Origin: Pecten maximus
Taxonomy: Eukaryota
Direction: 5' to 3'
Assembly (NCBI RefSeq): GCF_902652985.1
Contig: NC_047030.1
Coordinates: forward strand, 14,508,001-14,572,000
DNA: 64,000 nucleotides
Made by a program: the position numbers and the translations under genes. Numbering within the stretch: position 1 is the stretch's first letter; the number at the start of each line of letters is the position of its first letter. Under the pieces are notes generated by a model. The model had not been told where the DNA came from and did not search any database. It worked only from the letters and a program-made list of their open reading frames with translations. Shown here piece by piece: positions 49,764-60,632 of this stretch.

Positions 49764-50459
49764 AGGCCCTGTCACACTGTTGCGTATCGTACTAGCGTAT
49801 GCCAGCGTATGAAAAATTATCACTCATACGCTGGTATACGCTGACATACGCTAGGGGTACGTTAGGCATAGATGTATACGTTTCAAACACGCTGACATAC
49901 GCTGGCATACGCTGAGGCAGAAATAAATTTTTGAGCATGTTCAAAAATTTTGTGCGTATGCAGACGTATGGTTAATACGCTAAGCATACGCTAGGCATAC
50001 GCTGAATACGCTAGAGGTACGATATAGGTACGTTACTCATAGGTCGAGTACGCTGGACGTAAGTTGCCATACGTTGGCGGAAAGTGTATCGTGCAACGTA
50101 TATAGACATCTTGGCGTATGCCTGACGATTGAGTAACGTATTTAACGTACAACTAGCGTATTATTGGCGTATGGCCAGCGTATTCTCAGCGTATTGCCAG
50201 CGTTTTGATAAAGTGTATATATAGGCTCCCATTTCTAGCTCATCTTCAGTTCTTCGTACGCTGGGCATACGCAGTTCATACGCTACTCATACGCTAGCCA
50301 TACGCAGAGTACGCTACTCATACGCTACTCATAGGTTCAATACGGTAAGTATACGCACAATTCTGTATTTTCAAGGGCTTTGTGCGTATGAAAATTATAT
50401 TATGAATTTTCATTCGCTACTCATATATTTCTCTCATACGCAACAGTGTGACAGGGCCA
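49764..50459. mobile_element. PIF/Harbinger-like MITE in unit 2 (same insertion, duplicated)
   Basis: Same TIR, TSD and flanks as 42311-43030. Confidence 0.9.
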
Positions 50460-51340
50460 TTAGATGTGAAAATACACGTCATATATTAGATAAGACTATA
50501 GTGGCAGTGGTTCAAACACCTAGATGTGGATACTAACGGTCCCATTGCAATCCCCTCTGGATCACTGGTCAAAACCGAAATATCTGTGATATTCATTCTT
50601 CAGTAGTACATCTTGTATTGTTAAAACTTGTACGTTTGATTAAAGACTTAGTCAGCAGGATGTGTTAAATAAGTTATATGGTTTAAATATATTTCTATTT
50701 ACACTCCAGATAATAAATAGGATGGTGGCGGATCTGGCGCGGAGCTATTTATAGTTATTACTAATGCACTATCTGTATAAGGGTGGATCCCGTGTACTTT
50801 AGATGGAAGGAAACTTTTACGGACGACAGGTGTGTATAAAGACAGTTTCATTGTGCTGGTGTATGCTAGTGATCTGATACTTATAATTGGTGTTTAAAAT
50901 AAGAGGTGTCTTAGACACTATATACTATTTGATAATAGTTTATCTACGGTAGTACAATAACAACAACGTGACTTACATTTACATATCAGCAAACAACACT
51001 ATGTAAGATACATTGTGCTTGATGATTAGCTATATATAACAATGTAACAGAAATGACGCAGGAAGACAATGTTTGACTCGTGCCCTGTCCGAGTCTCCAA
51101 CGATACGTATACAGTGTGGTGGTCATTCCTGTTTCTATGTTAGATATATGTACCAATATATAATATTTATACTATACAGTGGGACAGTAAATCTTTTTTG
51201 AAGTGTATGCTTTAAGTACGTTATCCAGGGGTTGGCAGCTCCTGTTTGGGTCTAAAGTGGTCAGGAATGAGTTTTCGTGTCTTCAAAATGACACCAACTA
51301 ATTTTACAGTGAATGAAACGTCATGCTCTGAATGAAAGCT

Positions 51341-51975
51341 TCACCCCTTGATCCTTCCCTCGTTATTAAGTAGCCTTGTGTCCTGTTTGGGTACTAGGTG
51401 GTCGAAGAAACCTAGGAAAAACGTTATTTTCCAGTAGTACGTGGGGTCGTCCACGGCCTGATTCGCGTCATGACGTTGTGTTCCAGCCCTTCTAGGTGCT
51501 GCTGGCGCAATATCGAACTCGGTAGCAATGGTAATAGCTTCGTCATACAGCGTGTCCCAGACCATGCCATCAGCGCGTAAAATCTTGATGACTTTGTTCT
51601 CTGTAATTGCCAGGAATAGGTTTCACTGGGTGTATGAAGCTCGTTTGACCGGGATACACAGTACTGCTCAGGATATAATATGCCATCATCAATCCGATGA
51701 TTAATTAAAACTACAGAATCACACCTAGCCGCTCAATTGCCTTACTATCCTTTATATATTCAAGGCTACATGTATTTATGACAACTGTGAAAGATGCTTT
51801 GAATGTTTTGAGGGCGTTTGTCCTGCTAGAGTCCATAGTGTAGTTCTTTTCTCCAGTTCGTACCGCGCGTTTTCATTTTTGTGATAGTCCCTGTGATACA
51901 TAGATGTCTTTTTCGCCTTGATGTTGTATAATACATACCATACAATTTCGACTGTTTTCTAGTAAACACGTATAC
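51341..51975 (-). pseudogene. hAT transposase remnant, unit 2
   Basis: Near-identical to the unit 1 remnant. Confidence 0.7.
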
Positions 51976-52308
51976 AAATCACAGGGAGCAGGGCAATTTG
52001 ACCGGGTTGACCTTGTCACCCTTGAGACCCTAGATACAAATATATATAACAGTATATTATGTAGTTGTTTTAACAATTACGAAATAGTTAGACCTGTTTG
52101 GAAAATTGAATTTGTGTGCAAAATACTACGTGGAGGTCAGAAAGGAAACACGGACACTATTATACATTGACTTTGCAATTAATTCACTTTGATAAAGCTC
52201 ATTTCTCATAAATCATGATAATGAGAAAGAGATAGATGTTCGCTTTATACAATCCCATACAATCTCCTTTGAAAACCAGATGCTTTTTCTCTGCAGAACT
52301 CAACGAGT

Positions 52309-53301
52309 ATGGGGTTTACGGAACGAAATCGCACGGAGCTGGAGGAGAAAGGCTACACCGTGGTGGAAAACGTTCTCACCGAAACCGAATGTGGGGAATA
52401 CATCCGGGCATTCAGGGATTGGCTCACCGAATTCCCGGAGGGCGAATGGCCGTCCTCCGCTCATTCTCTCATTCAGGAATATAACATTGGCCATCATGAG
52501 GCTGCGTGGAGTACCCGCCTCAAAGCTAAAGCCGTCTTTTCCAAATTGTGGAAGACGGACAAGCTTCTTACTAGTGTCGACGCCATTGCAATAGGCCGGC
52601 CGCCAGAGGACGGAAAAGAGCTATTCGCGGAGGAAGGTCTCCATTGGTTACACGCTGATCAGGATGCAGAGAAGGTTGGTCTGCATGCTTACCAAGGGAC
52701 AGTGTACCTGGAGGCGGTGGCTGAGGACGACTGGACATTCCACGTGATGGAAAGGTCACATCTCTACCTCAATAGTCTCTATGACCGGAACCAGAAAGCA
52801 GCACTAGAGAGTTCAATTAATAAAAACCATTACATTCGGGATGATGACGAAGAATGGCTTATCTCTAAAGGTTGTGTCACAAAGCGTGTGGCGGTACCAC
52901 GTGGGGGAATGGTTCTGTGGGACTCGAGACTTATACACGCAAATGCTCGTCCAAAAGAAGGGAGGGCACATCCAGATAGGTGGCGCTTTTGTGTGATGGT
53001 CTGTATGACTCCGGCAGCGTGGGCGACCGAAGAGGACCTGGAGACCAAGAAGGAGGCTTACAGGGACGTAGCCATGACAACACATTGGCCTTCACAAGAT
53101 GTTCAGATCATGTCTTCTTTATTTCCTTCAAAATATTCAAATAATATCGGCTGGTTGAAACAACTCCCAGAAAATGCAAAAACAACGGAAGTGAAGCAGA
53201 TGTGTGGTGTGGTGTCGTATGATTTCAAAGACGGCGAACCAAACGGCCCCGAATGGATTCCCGTTTGGAATAAGGACAGTAACCAGGAAACAATGCCGTA
53301 A
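52309..53301 (+). CDS. PhyH-like 2OG/Fe(II) oxygenase, copy 2, 330 aa
   Basis: Identical to copy 1 except one N>K change (ETKNE vs ETKKE). Confidence 0.82.
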   Translation: MGFTERNRTELEEKGYTVVENVLTETECGEYIRAFRDWLTEFPEGEWPSSAHSLIQEYNIGHHEAAWSTRLKAKAVFSKLWKTDKLLTSVDAIAIGRPPEDGKELFAEEGLHWLHADQDAEKVGLHAYQGTVYLEAVAEDDWTFHVMERSHLYLNSLYDRNQKAALESSINKNHYIRDDDEEWLISKGCVTKRVAVPRGGMVLWDSRLIHANARPKEGRAHPDRWRFCVMVCMTPAAWATEEDLETKKEAYRDVAMTTHWPSQDVQIMSSLFPSKYSNNIGWLKQLPENAKTTEVKQMCGVVSYDFKDGEPNGPEWIPVWNKDSNQETMP

Positions 53302-55764
53302 CTCATGATGTTAAAAGAGACTGGTCATGACGTCAGGGATAAGTCTTTTGGATGGCTTTGTAGCTTGGGCTGTGATCAAGTACGTTAGACAATGAATAGA
53401 AAACAGTTTTAGATCTACATGAAGGATAGAAAGCCATGATGGAACTGGTCCTAAAATCACAATTTCACACTTACAATACACGAATACAATGTTGATTTAC
53501 GAATACGAGGGAGGAAAGGCCCAACTAGTATATCTATTAGGTTGATATTTATACTATATTTATATTTAATCTGCCCAAGTTTGCCGAATTATTTAATTGT
53601 GAGCAATACATGAACCCCGTACAATATAAAGAGATAAGGAGAAGGTGAATTGGTGAACAGAGATGAGAGGGACATACCAGATGGCGCATGGCCCATTCTA
53701 ACATCCAATGAGGGATGAAATGGATACACTATCATCTGTCCCTCATACTGTCTGCAGTATTGGTACCAATGGGACGAAAATGCGTCTTGACAATTTGCCA
53801 TTTGACTTAACACGTTTCTTCCATCACCATCAGCGGTCGTCAAAGCTCAGTCATTTACAATCTTTGCTTGAAAAATAAATCAGACTTTCGAGAGGTTGCA
53901 AAGAAAGTTTTCATTTTGGTGCTAAAGACTAAACTTGTGAAAATCATACTTGTAATGTGCGTTCCTCTATGATACATTTGTAGTGTGTCGGAGAGTATCG
54001 TAGAGGAGGGGAAATTACAAGTCTGATTTTTATAAAATTGTGTTAAAGACAAACATTTTTCCAGGCGATGAATCAATCCGTATACCTTAATGAAGATATA
54101 CAAAGCAAATAACTCCTGTACGGAATGATAAGTTTACAAATGTCGAGTGTTGTACAGAGAAGCAACTAAAGGCGACTGAGAGGACATTTGTAGGAACAAG
54201 CTTCATGGGGACTTCATCAATTGTAATTTACGATAAACAGTGGTATCCATGTTCTCCAGCCATTGATCATTTTTGCGAGTCATCAACAAAAAACATTGAC
54301 AGTATTTGTTGATAGTGTTGTGAACTAAATCTGTGATAATTATTTTAATTTTAAGAGGAACATTATTTTAATTAAAATATAATTGTTTCAATCATTTCGT
54401 CTTCTACATTTTGTGATCATGTGTTTGACATGATTGTCAACACAACGGGCAAAGTATACCAGTCCAAGAAACAAGTGGCCCAATGAGCAGTAGGTAAAGG
54501 TCATTTATCCTACCAAATACTGGCACAATATAACCCTGGGCCCTTTGGTTAGTTAGCTGTTTTGATAGTTTAACACATTTGGAACGAGTAACCTTAAAGG
54601 TAGCTTAAGATAATTCTGTTAAACAAACTTTGGTAGCCTGACCTCCTATAATGCTACTGGTCCAATATATTGACACTGCCTTTTGGTTATTGAGAATCAA
54701 CTATTAAAAGTGAAAATTGATGCCTGGCGGACAATGATGCTGCACCACGGCATCAGCTCACTTGCCGTTTGGGCAGGTGACCGAAACATAACTAAATACA
54801 CTGGACGTATTCAGAATCACTCTTGTTTTTTTCCTTAATGAGATGAATTGAAAAGTCCTCCAAATCTATTGGAGGTATTTGCTATCATGTAGATGTCATT
54901 TGTAATTCTAGCTGCAAAAGATTCAACATTAGTTTTCTAGTCAATGTAAGTCGTTGCCATGGTAATACTTAGTAACACACATTGAAAGCACACACTATAT
55001 GTATCATTAATCATATTTATTATTTTAGATAAGGCAGATAACTCTGTAGGTTCTCGTGTTTGATTAAGTGTTCATACCTGGCCATCTTGGTGATAGACAA
55101 GGGTCTGCATCACCTCGCTTCTGGTAAATTCACTACCTAAAGAACATTTCTTAATTTATTTTTTTGACCCAGGTTCAATGTCATAAGATTTAGCTGTGTT
55201 TTTCAAGAATAGCAAAGCTCAGTGATATTATCTTTGTGGTCATTAGCTTTGCAAGAGTAAATGGTTATAAAGTTGATAAAATGGGCCACCTTGACACATC
55301 GCCAGGAACAGTGTTTCATCTAAGGTTAAACTAGATATTGGTCTATCAATGTATGACTGAAAACACAAGTACACTGAATAAATTTAAAGTGGCTTGTGAA
55401 AACAAGTTACTCCTTTTAATTTCCTTAAACCACATTTATGTCGAAGCAGAAGCTATGGAGTCACGATATAAACTGTTATTAACAACATTTTTAAAACATT
55501 CGAAAAACTTGACTCCAGACCAAAGTTGCTTCCTGTATAATATCACTGACCTGTTATTCTTTCTAAATGTTACAAATATAATTAAGAATTAAAAATGGTT
55601 CAATTAATAGAGTGAATCAGCATTGACAATATTACGTTAATCGCCTTACTAGTTTTACATACATGAAGACATATATAAGAGGAAAAGTTAAAAAGGCGAT
55701 ATTTTGCAAGGCTATATCTACAAAAAATAGTCTTCGGGATAGCAAAGAAGAATAAATCCTGTTG

Positions 55765-56050
55765 ACTGAATTACACCATATCGTGGTAAAAGTGTAGCTG
55801 ATTGAAATTACATCATATCGTGGTAAAAGTGTAGCTGATTGAAATTGCCTCATATCGTGGTAAAAGTTTAGCTGATTAAAATTACCTCATATCGTGGTAA
55901 AAGTGTAGCTGATTGAAATTACATCATATCTGGGTAAAAGAGTAGACCAACTTAATTACATCATACCAGGGTAAAAGTTAAGAAAACTTAATTACGTCAT
56001 ATAGTGATAAAAGTGTAGACCTACTGAAATACATCGTATCGTGTTAAAAG
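55765..56050. repeat. ~39-bp tandem repeat (catatcgtggtaaaagtgtagctgattgaaatt); fewer copies at 48370-48570, similar array at 62510-62790
   Basis: Direct repeats whose copy number differs between array units. Confidence 0.85.
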
Positions 56051-58099
56051 GGGTACAACTTGTACTTCAATCAATTGGCCAAGTTATTTTCCTTACAAGG
56101 TCATGCAGTCTTTCTCATCTTATTATTTCAGATTTCAAGGGTGTATATACATGCGACTTTGTTCAACCACTGAAATCGTAGTTGTCTGAAAAACTTGACC
56201 GAAAGGTAAACGAAAGGACCACACGATACCTCGTCTCCAAAAAGTAGATTTCTTTTTTATATCCTGGTTATTGTTACGATTATTGATTAAACTATACATT
56301 GTTTTGGTCAACAAAAAAACATTTATTTTTATTTTTTCACTCCCTCTACCTAGGTTGCAACGATCAAATACAGAGCAAAACACGTCGTTATTGGGGCGAT
56401 AAAGTTATGCCGCAACTTTCATTGAAATATCTTTATCAATTTAAAAGTTATCGCCGGATAAGCAATTATTAGCAAAAATGTTTTTGACTTTGAAATAAAG
56501 GTCAAAATACCCTTACGTAGTTCGTTACACATCGCCTTCAGGTAGTGCAAGTCTAAGTTGCAAGTTATATCAAGATATCTTCAACCGTATTGAAGATATG
56601 GCTCGGACATACATTTTACCGTGAGGTCAAGGTCGCAAAGATTCAATGGCAGAGCAATTCAATTTTTCAGTGGGTGATAAAGGTTACAACAACTTTCATT
56701 AAAATGTCGTTAACGATTAAGAAGTTCCATTCAGTACTTTCAAGAAATAGCGATCAAAAACTTCAACTGTTAAAATTCAAAGATGGCCGCCTGTCGTCGG
56801 AAGAAGACGAATATGTCTTCCTTCATTCAAAGGGTGCTGAAAATCTGAAAAAAAAATGAAATATATTTACACACAACAGACAGCATGCTGTATATATTTT
56901 CGACACCATCAGACCACGGGGGTTGCAAGTTCTACTTTAAAATAGACATATTTATGAACACTAAACCCATTCGAAGCGTTATATTCCTGCCATATTCATG
57001 GACAATCAGTGTGTCAAGTCTCTGTGCGGGTACAAAGCTTTCAAATCCAATCCTGAAATATTCTCTTTGAAGTCAAATAGCAAACTTAAAATGGAGTGAA
57101 ATTTACGAGAAAATATGCGTCATACATTAGACACGACTATAGTGGCAGTGTTTCAAACACCTATTTCATGTTAGATGTGAAAATATACGTCATATATTAG
57201 ATACGACTATAGCGGCACTGGTTCAAACACCTAGATATGAATATCAACGGTCCCATTGAAATTCCCTCTGGATCACTGGTCAAAACCGAAATATCTGTGA
57301 TATAGGATGTGTTAGAGTTAAATAAGTTATATGGTTTAAATATATAAATATGTGTTTGATCTATGATGTAATCTATATTTCTATTTACACTCCAGATAAT
57401 ATATAAATAGGATGGTGGCGAATCTGACGCGGAGCTATTTATAGCTATTACTAATGCACTATCTGTATAAGGGTGGATCCCGTGTACTTTAGATGGAAGG
57501 AAACTTTTACGGACGACAGGTGTGTATAAAGCTTGGGATCTGATACTTAATTGGTGTTTGAAATAAGAGAAGGTGTCTTAGACACTATATACTATTTGAT
57601 ATTAGTTTATCTACGGTAGTGCAATAACAATAACGTGACTTACATTTACATATCAGCAAACAACACTATGTAAGATACATTGTGCTTGATGATTAGATAT
57701 ATATAACAATGTAACAGAAATGACGCAGGAAGACACTGTTTGACTCGTGCCCTGTCCGGGTCTCCAACGATACGTATACAGTGTGGTGGTCATTCCTGTT
57801 TCTATGTTAGATATATGTACCAATATATAATATTTATACTATACAGTGGGACAGTAAATCTTTTTTGAAGTGTATGCTTTAAGTACGTTATCCAGGGGTT
57901 GTCAGCTCCTGTTTGGGTCTGAAGTGGTCAGGAATGAGTTTTCGTGTCTTCAAAACGACACCAACTAATTTTACAGTGAATGAAACGTGATGCTCTGAAT
58001 GAAAAGCTGACAAAATACAATATTTCATAATCGACAGGCAACAAAAAGCTATTTATCTATCAGTTATACATACACACTCAGGCCTCTACTGTGTATGAA

Positions 58100-59150
58100 T
58101 CCTAGCTTCAGATGATGTGCAACGGTCTCTTGTCTAATTTCGCATTGGCGAACGTCTCCACAACTGTCCAAACATCCTCTTCCCTGCGTATTTTCTGTTG
58201 TCATCGTAGATCAAAGGTAGGTCTTGACCCTCTTTATACTACTGAATGATCTTTCTGCAGTGACAGTTGTCACCGGTATTGTGAGTAGTACTGGTAACAT
58301 TAGGATACAACAAGGGGTCCGTCTGATTTAGGTACTTGATAATATCTGCTGCTTCTTCTGTCAGATGAAACCATTGACCATCGAGTCTTCCAGTTTTCTA
58401 TCTCAAGCTGGTATTTATCGGACTTGGTCCGATCGACGTCGTAAGCATTTGCATCGTAAATGGCCTGGAATACTTCAGAGATGAGCTCTATAGCAAGTTT
58501 TGCAAGAAGAAAGCTTCACCCCTTGATCCTTCCCTTGCTATTAAGTAGCCTTGTGTCCTGTTTGGGTACTAGGTGGTCGAAGAAACCTAGGAAAAACGTG
58601 ATTTTCCAGTAGTACGTGGGGTCGTCCACGGCCTGATTCGCGTCATGACGTTGTGTTCCAGCCCTTCTAGGTGCTGATGGCGCAATATCAAACTCGGTAG
58701 CAATGGTAATAGCTTCGTCATACAGCGTGTCCCAGACCATGCCATCAGCGCGTAAAATCTTGATGACTTTGTTCTCTGTAATTGCCAGCAATAGGTTGCA
58801 CTGGGTGTATGAAGCTAGTTTGACCGGGATACACAGTACTGCTCAGGATATAATATGCCATCATCAATCCGAAGATTAATTAAAACTACAGAATCACACC
58901 TAGCCGCTCATTTGCCTTACTATCCTTTATATATTCAAGGCTACATGTATTTATGACAACTGTGAAAGATGCTTTGAATGTTTTGAGGGCGTTTGTCCTG
59001 CTAGAGTCCATAGTGTAGTTCTTTTCTCCAGTTCGTACCGCGCGATTTCGTTTTTGTGATAGTCCCTGTGATACATAGATGTCTTTTTCGCCTTGATGTT
59101 GTATAATACATAGCATACAATTTCGACTGTTTTCTAATAAACACATGTAT
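58100..59150 (-). pseudogene. hAT transposase remnant with C-terminal dimerisation motif, unit 3
   Basis: The minus strand reads VLLTIPVTTVTAERSFSSIKRVKTYL*STM (~58200-58293), with stops and frameshifts. Confidence 0.8.
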
Positions 59151-59166
59151 ACAAATCACAGGGAGC

Positions 59167-59393
59167 AGGGGCCGCGGTGGCCGAGTGGTTAAGGTGTACC
59201 GACACTTTATCACTAGCCCTCCACCACTGGGTTGCGAGTTCGAAACCTACGTGGGGCAGTTGCCAGGTACTGGCCGTAGGCCGGTGGTTTTTCTCCGGGT
59301 ACTCCGGCTTTCCTCCACCTCCAAAACCTGGCACGTCCTTAAATGACCCTGGCTGTTAATAGGACGTTAAACAAAAACAAAACAAACCAAACC
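59167..59393 (+). mobile_element. tRNA-derived SINE (V-domain-like), specific to unit 3
   Basis: ggggccgcggtggccgagtggttaagg A-box, gagttcgaaacc B-box, ttctccgggtactccggctttcctccac core, A-rich tail, TSD aatcacagggagc/aatcagagggagc. Absent at the equivalent sites in units 1 and 2. Confidence 0.92.
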
Positions 59394-59639
59394 AATCAGA
59401 GGGAGCCGGGCAATTTGATTATGAAATAGTTAGACCTGTTTGGAAAATTGAATTTGTGTGCAAAATACTACGTGGAGGTCAGAAAGGAAAGACGGACGCT
59501 ATTATTCATTGACTTTGCAATTAATTCACTTTGATAAAGCTCATTTCTCATAAATCATGATAATGAGAAAGAGATTGATGTTCGCTTTATACAATCTCCT
59601 TTGAAAACCAGATGCTTTTCTCTGCAGAACTCAACGAGT

Positions 59640-60632
59640 ATGGGGTTTACGGAACGAAATCGCACGGAGCTGGAGGAGAAAGGCTACACCGTGGTGGAAA
59701 ACGTTCTCACCGAAACCGAATGTGGGGAATACATGCGGGCATTCAGGGATTGGCTCACCGAATTCCCGGAGGGCGAATGGCCGTCCTCCGCTCATTCTCT
59801 CATTCAGAGATATAAGATTGGCCATCATGAGGCTGCGTGGAGTACCCGCCTCAAAGCTAAAGCCGTCTTTTCCAAATTGTGGGAGACGGACAAGCTTCTT
59901 ACTAGTGTCGACGCCATTGCAATAGGCCGGCCGCCAGAGGACGGAAAAGAGCTATTCGCGGAGGAAGGTTTCCATTGGTTACACGCTGATCAGGATGCAG
60001 AGAAGGTTGGTCTGCATGCTTACCAAGGGACAGTGTACCTGGAGGCGGTGGCTGAGGACGACTGGACATTCCACGTGATGGAAAGGTCACATCTCTACCT
60101 CAATAGTCTCTATGACCGAAACCAGAAAGCAGCACTAAAGAGTTCAATTAATAAAAACCATTACATTCGGGATGATGACGAAGAATGGCTTATCTCTAAA
60201 GGTTGTGTCACAAAGCGTGTGGCGGTACCACGTGGGGGAATGGTTCTGTGGGACTCGAGACTTATACACGCAAATGCTCGTCCAAAAGAAGGGAGGGCAC
60301 ATCCAGATAGGTGGCGCTTTTGTGTGATGGTCTGTATGACTCCGGCATCGTGGGCGACCGAAGCGGACCTGGAGACCAAGAAGGAGGCTTACAGGGACGT
60401 AGCCATGACAACACATTGGCCTTCACAAGATGTTCGGATCATGTCTTCTTCATTTCCTTCAAAATATTCAAAGAATATCGGCTGGTTGAAACAACTCCCA
60501 GAAAAAGCAAAAACAACGGAAGTGAAGCAGATGTGTGGTGTGGTGTCGTATGATTTCAAAGACGGCGAACCAAACGGCCCCGAATGGATTCCCGTTTGGA
60601 ATAAGAACAGTAACCAGGAAACAATGCCGTAA
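59640..60632 (+). CDS. PhyH-like 2OG/Fe(II) oxygenase, copy 3, 330 aa
   Basis: ATG at 59640; 13 amino-acid differences from copy 2; all metal-binding motifs intact. Confidence 0.82.
   Translation: MGFTERNRTELEEKGYTVVENVLTETECGEYMRAFRDWLTEFPEGEWPSSAHSLIQRYKIGHHEAAWSTRLKAKAVFSKLWETDKLLTSVDAIAIGRPPEDGKELFAEEGFHWLHADQDAEKVGLHAYQGTVYLEAVAEDDWTFHVMERSHLYLNSLYDRNQKAALKSSINKNHYIRDDDEEWLISKGCVTKRVAVPRGGMVLWDSRLIHANARPKEGRAHPDRWRFCVMVCMTPASWATEADLETKKEAYRDVAMTTHWPSQDVRIMSSSFPSKYSKNIGWLKQLPEKAKTTEVKQMCGVVSYDFKDGEPNGPEWIPVWNKNSNQETMP

Noticed and set aside
58100-59150. Active or domesticated hAT transposase
   Set aside because: In-frame stops, frameshifts and truncation.
59167-59250. tRNA gene
   Set aside because: The A/B boxes belong to a SINE head that has a body, tail and TSD; three family copies occur in the window.
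59601-59639. N-terminal extension of dioxygenase copy 3 given by the ORF track
   Set aside because: It starts at TTG and runs through the polypyrimidine tract and acceptor; the homologous ATG is at 59640.
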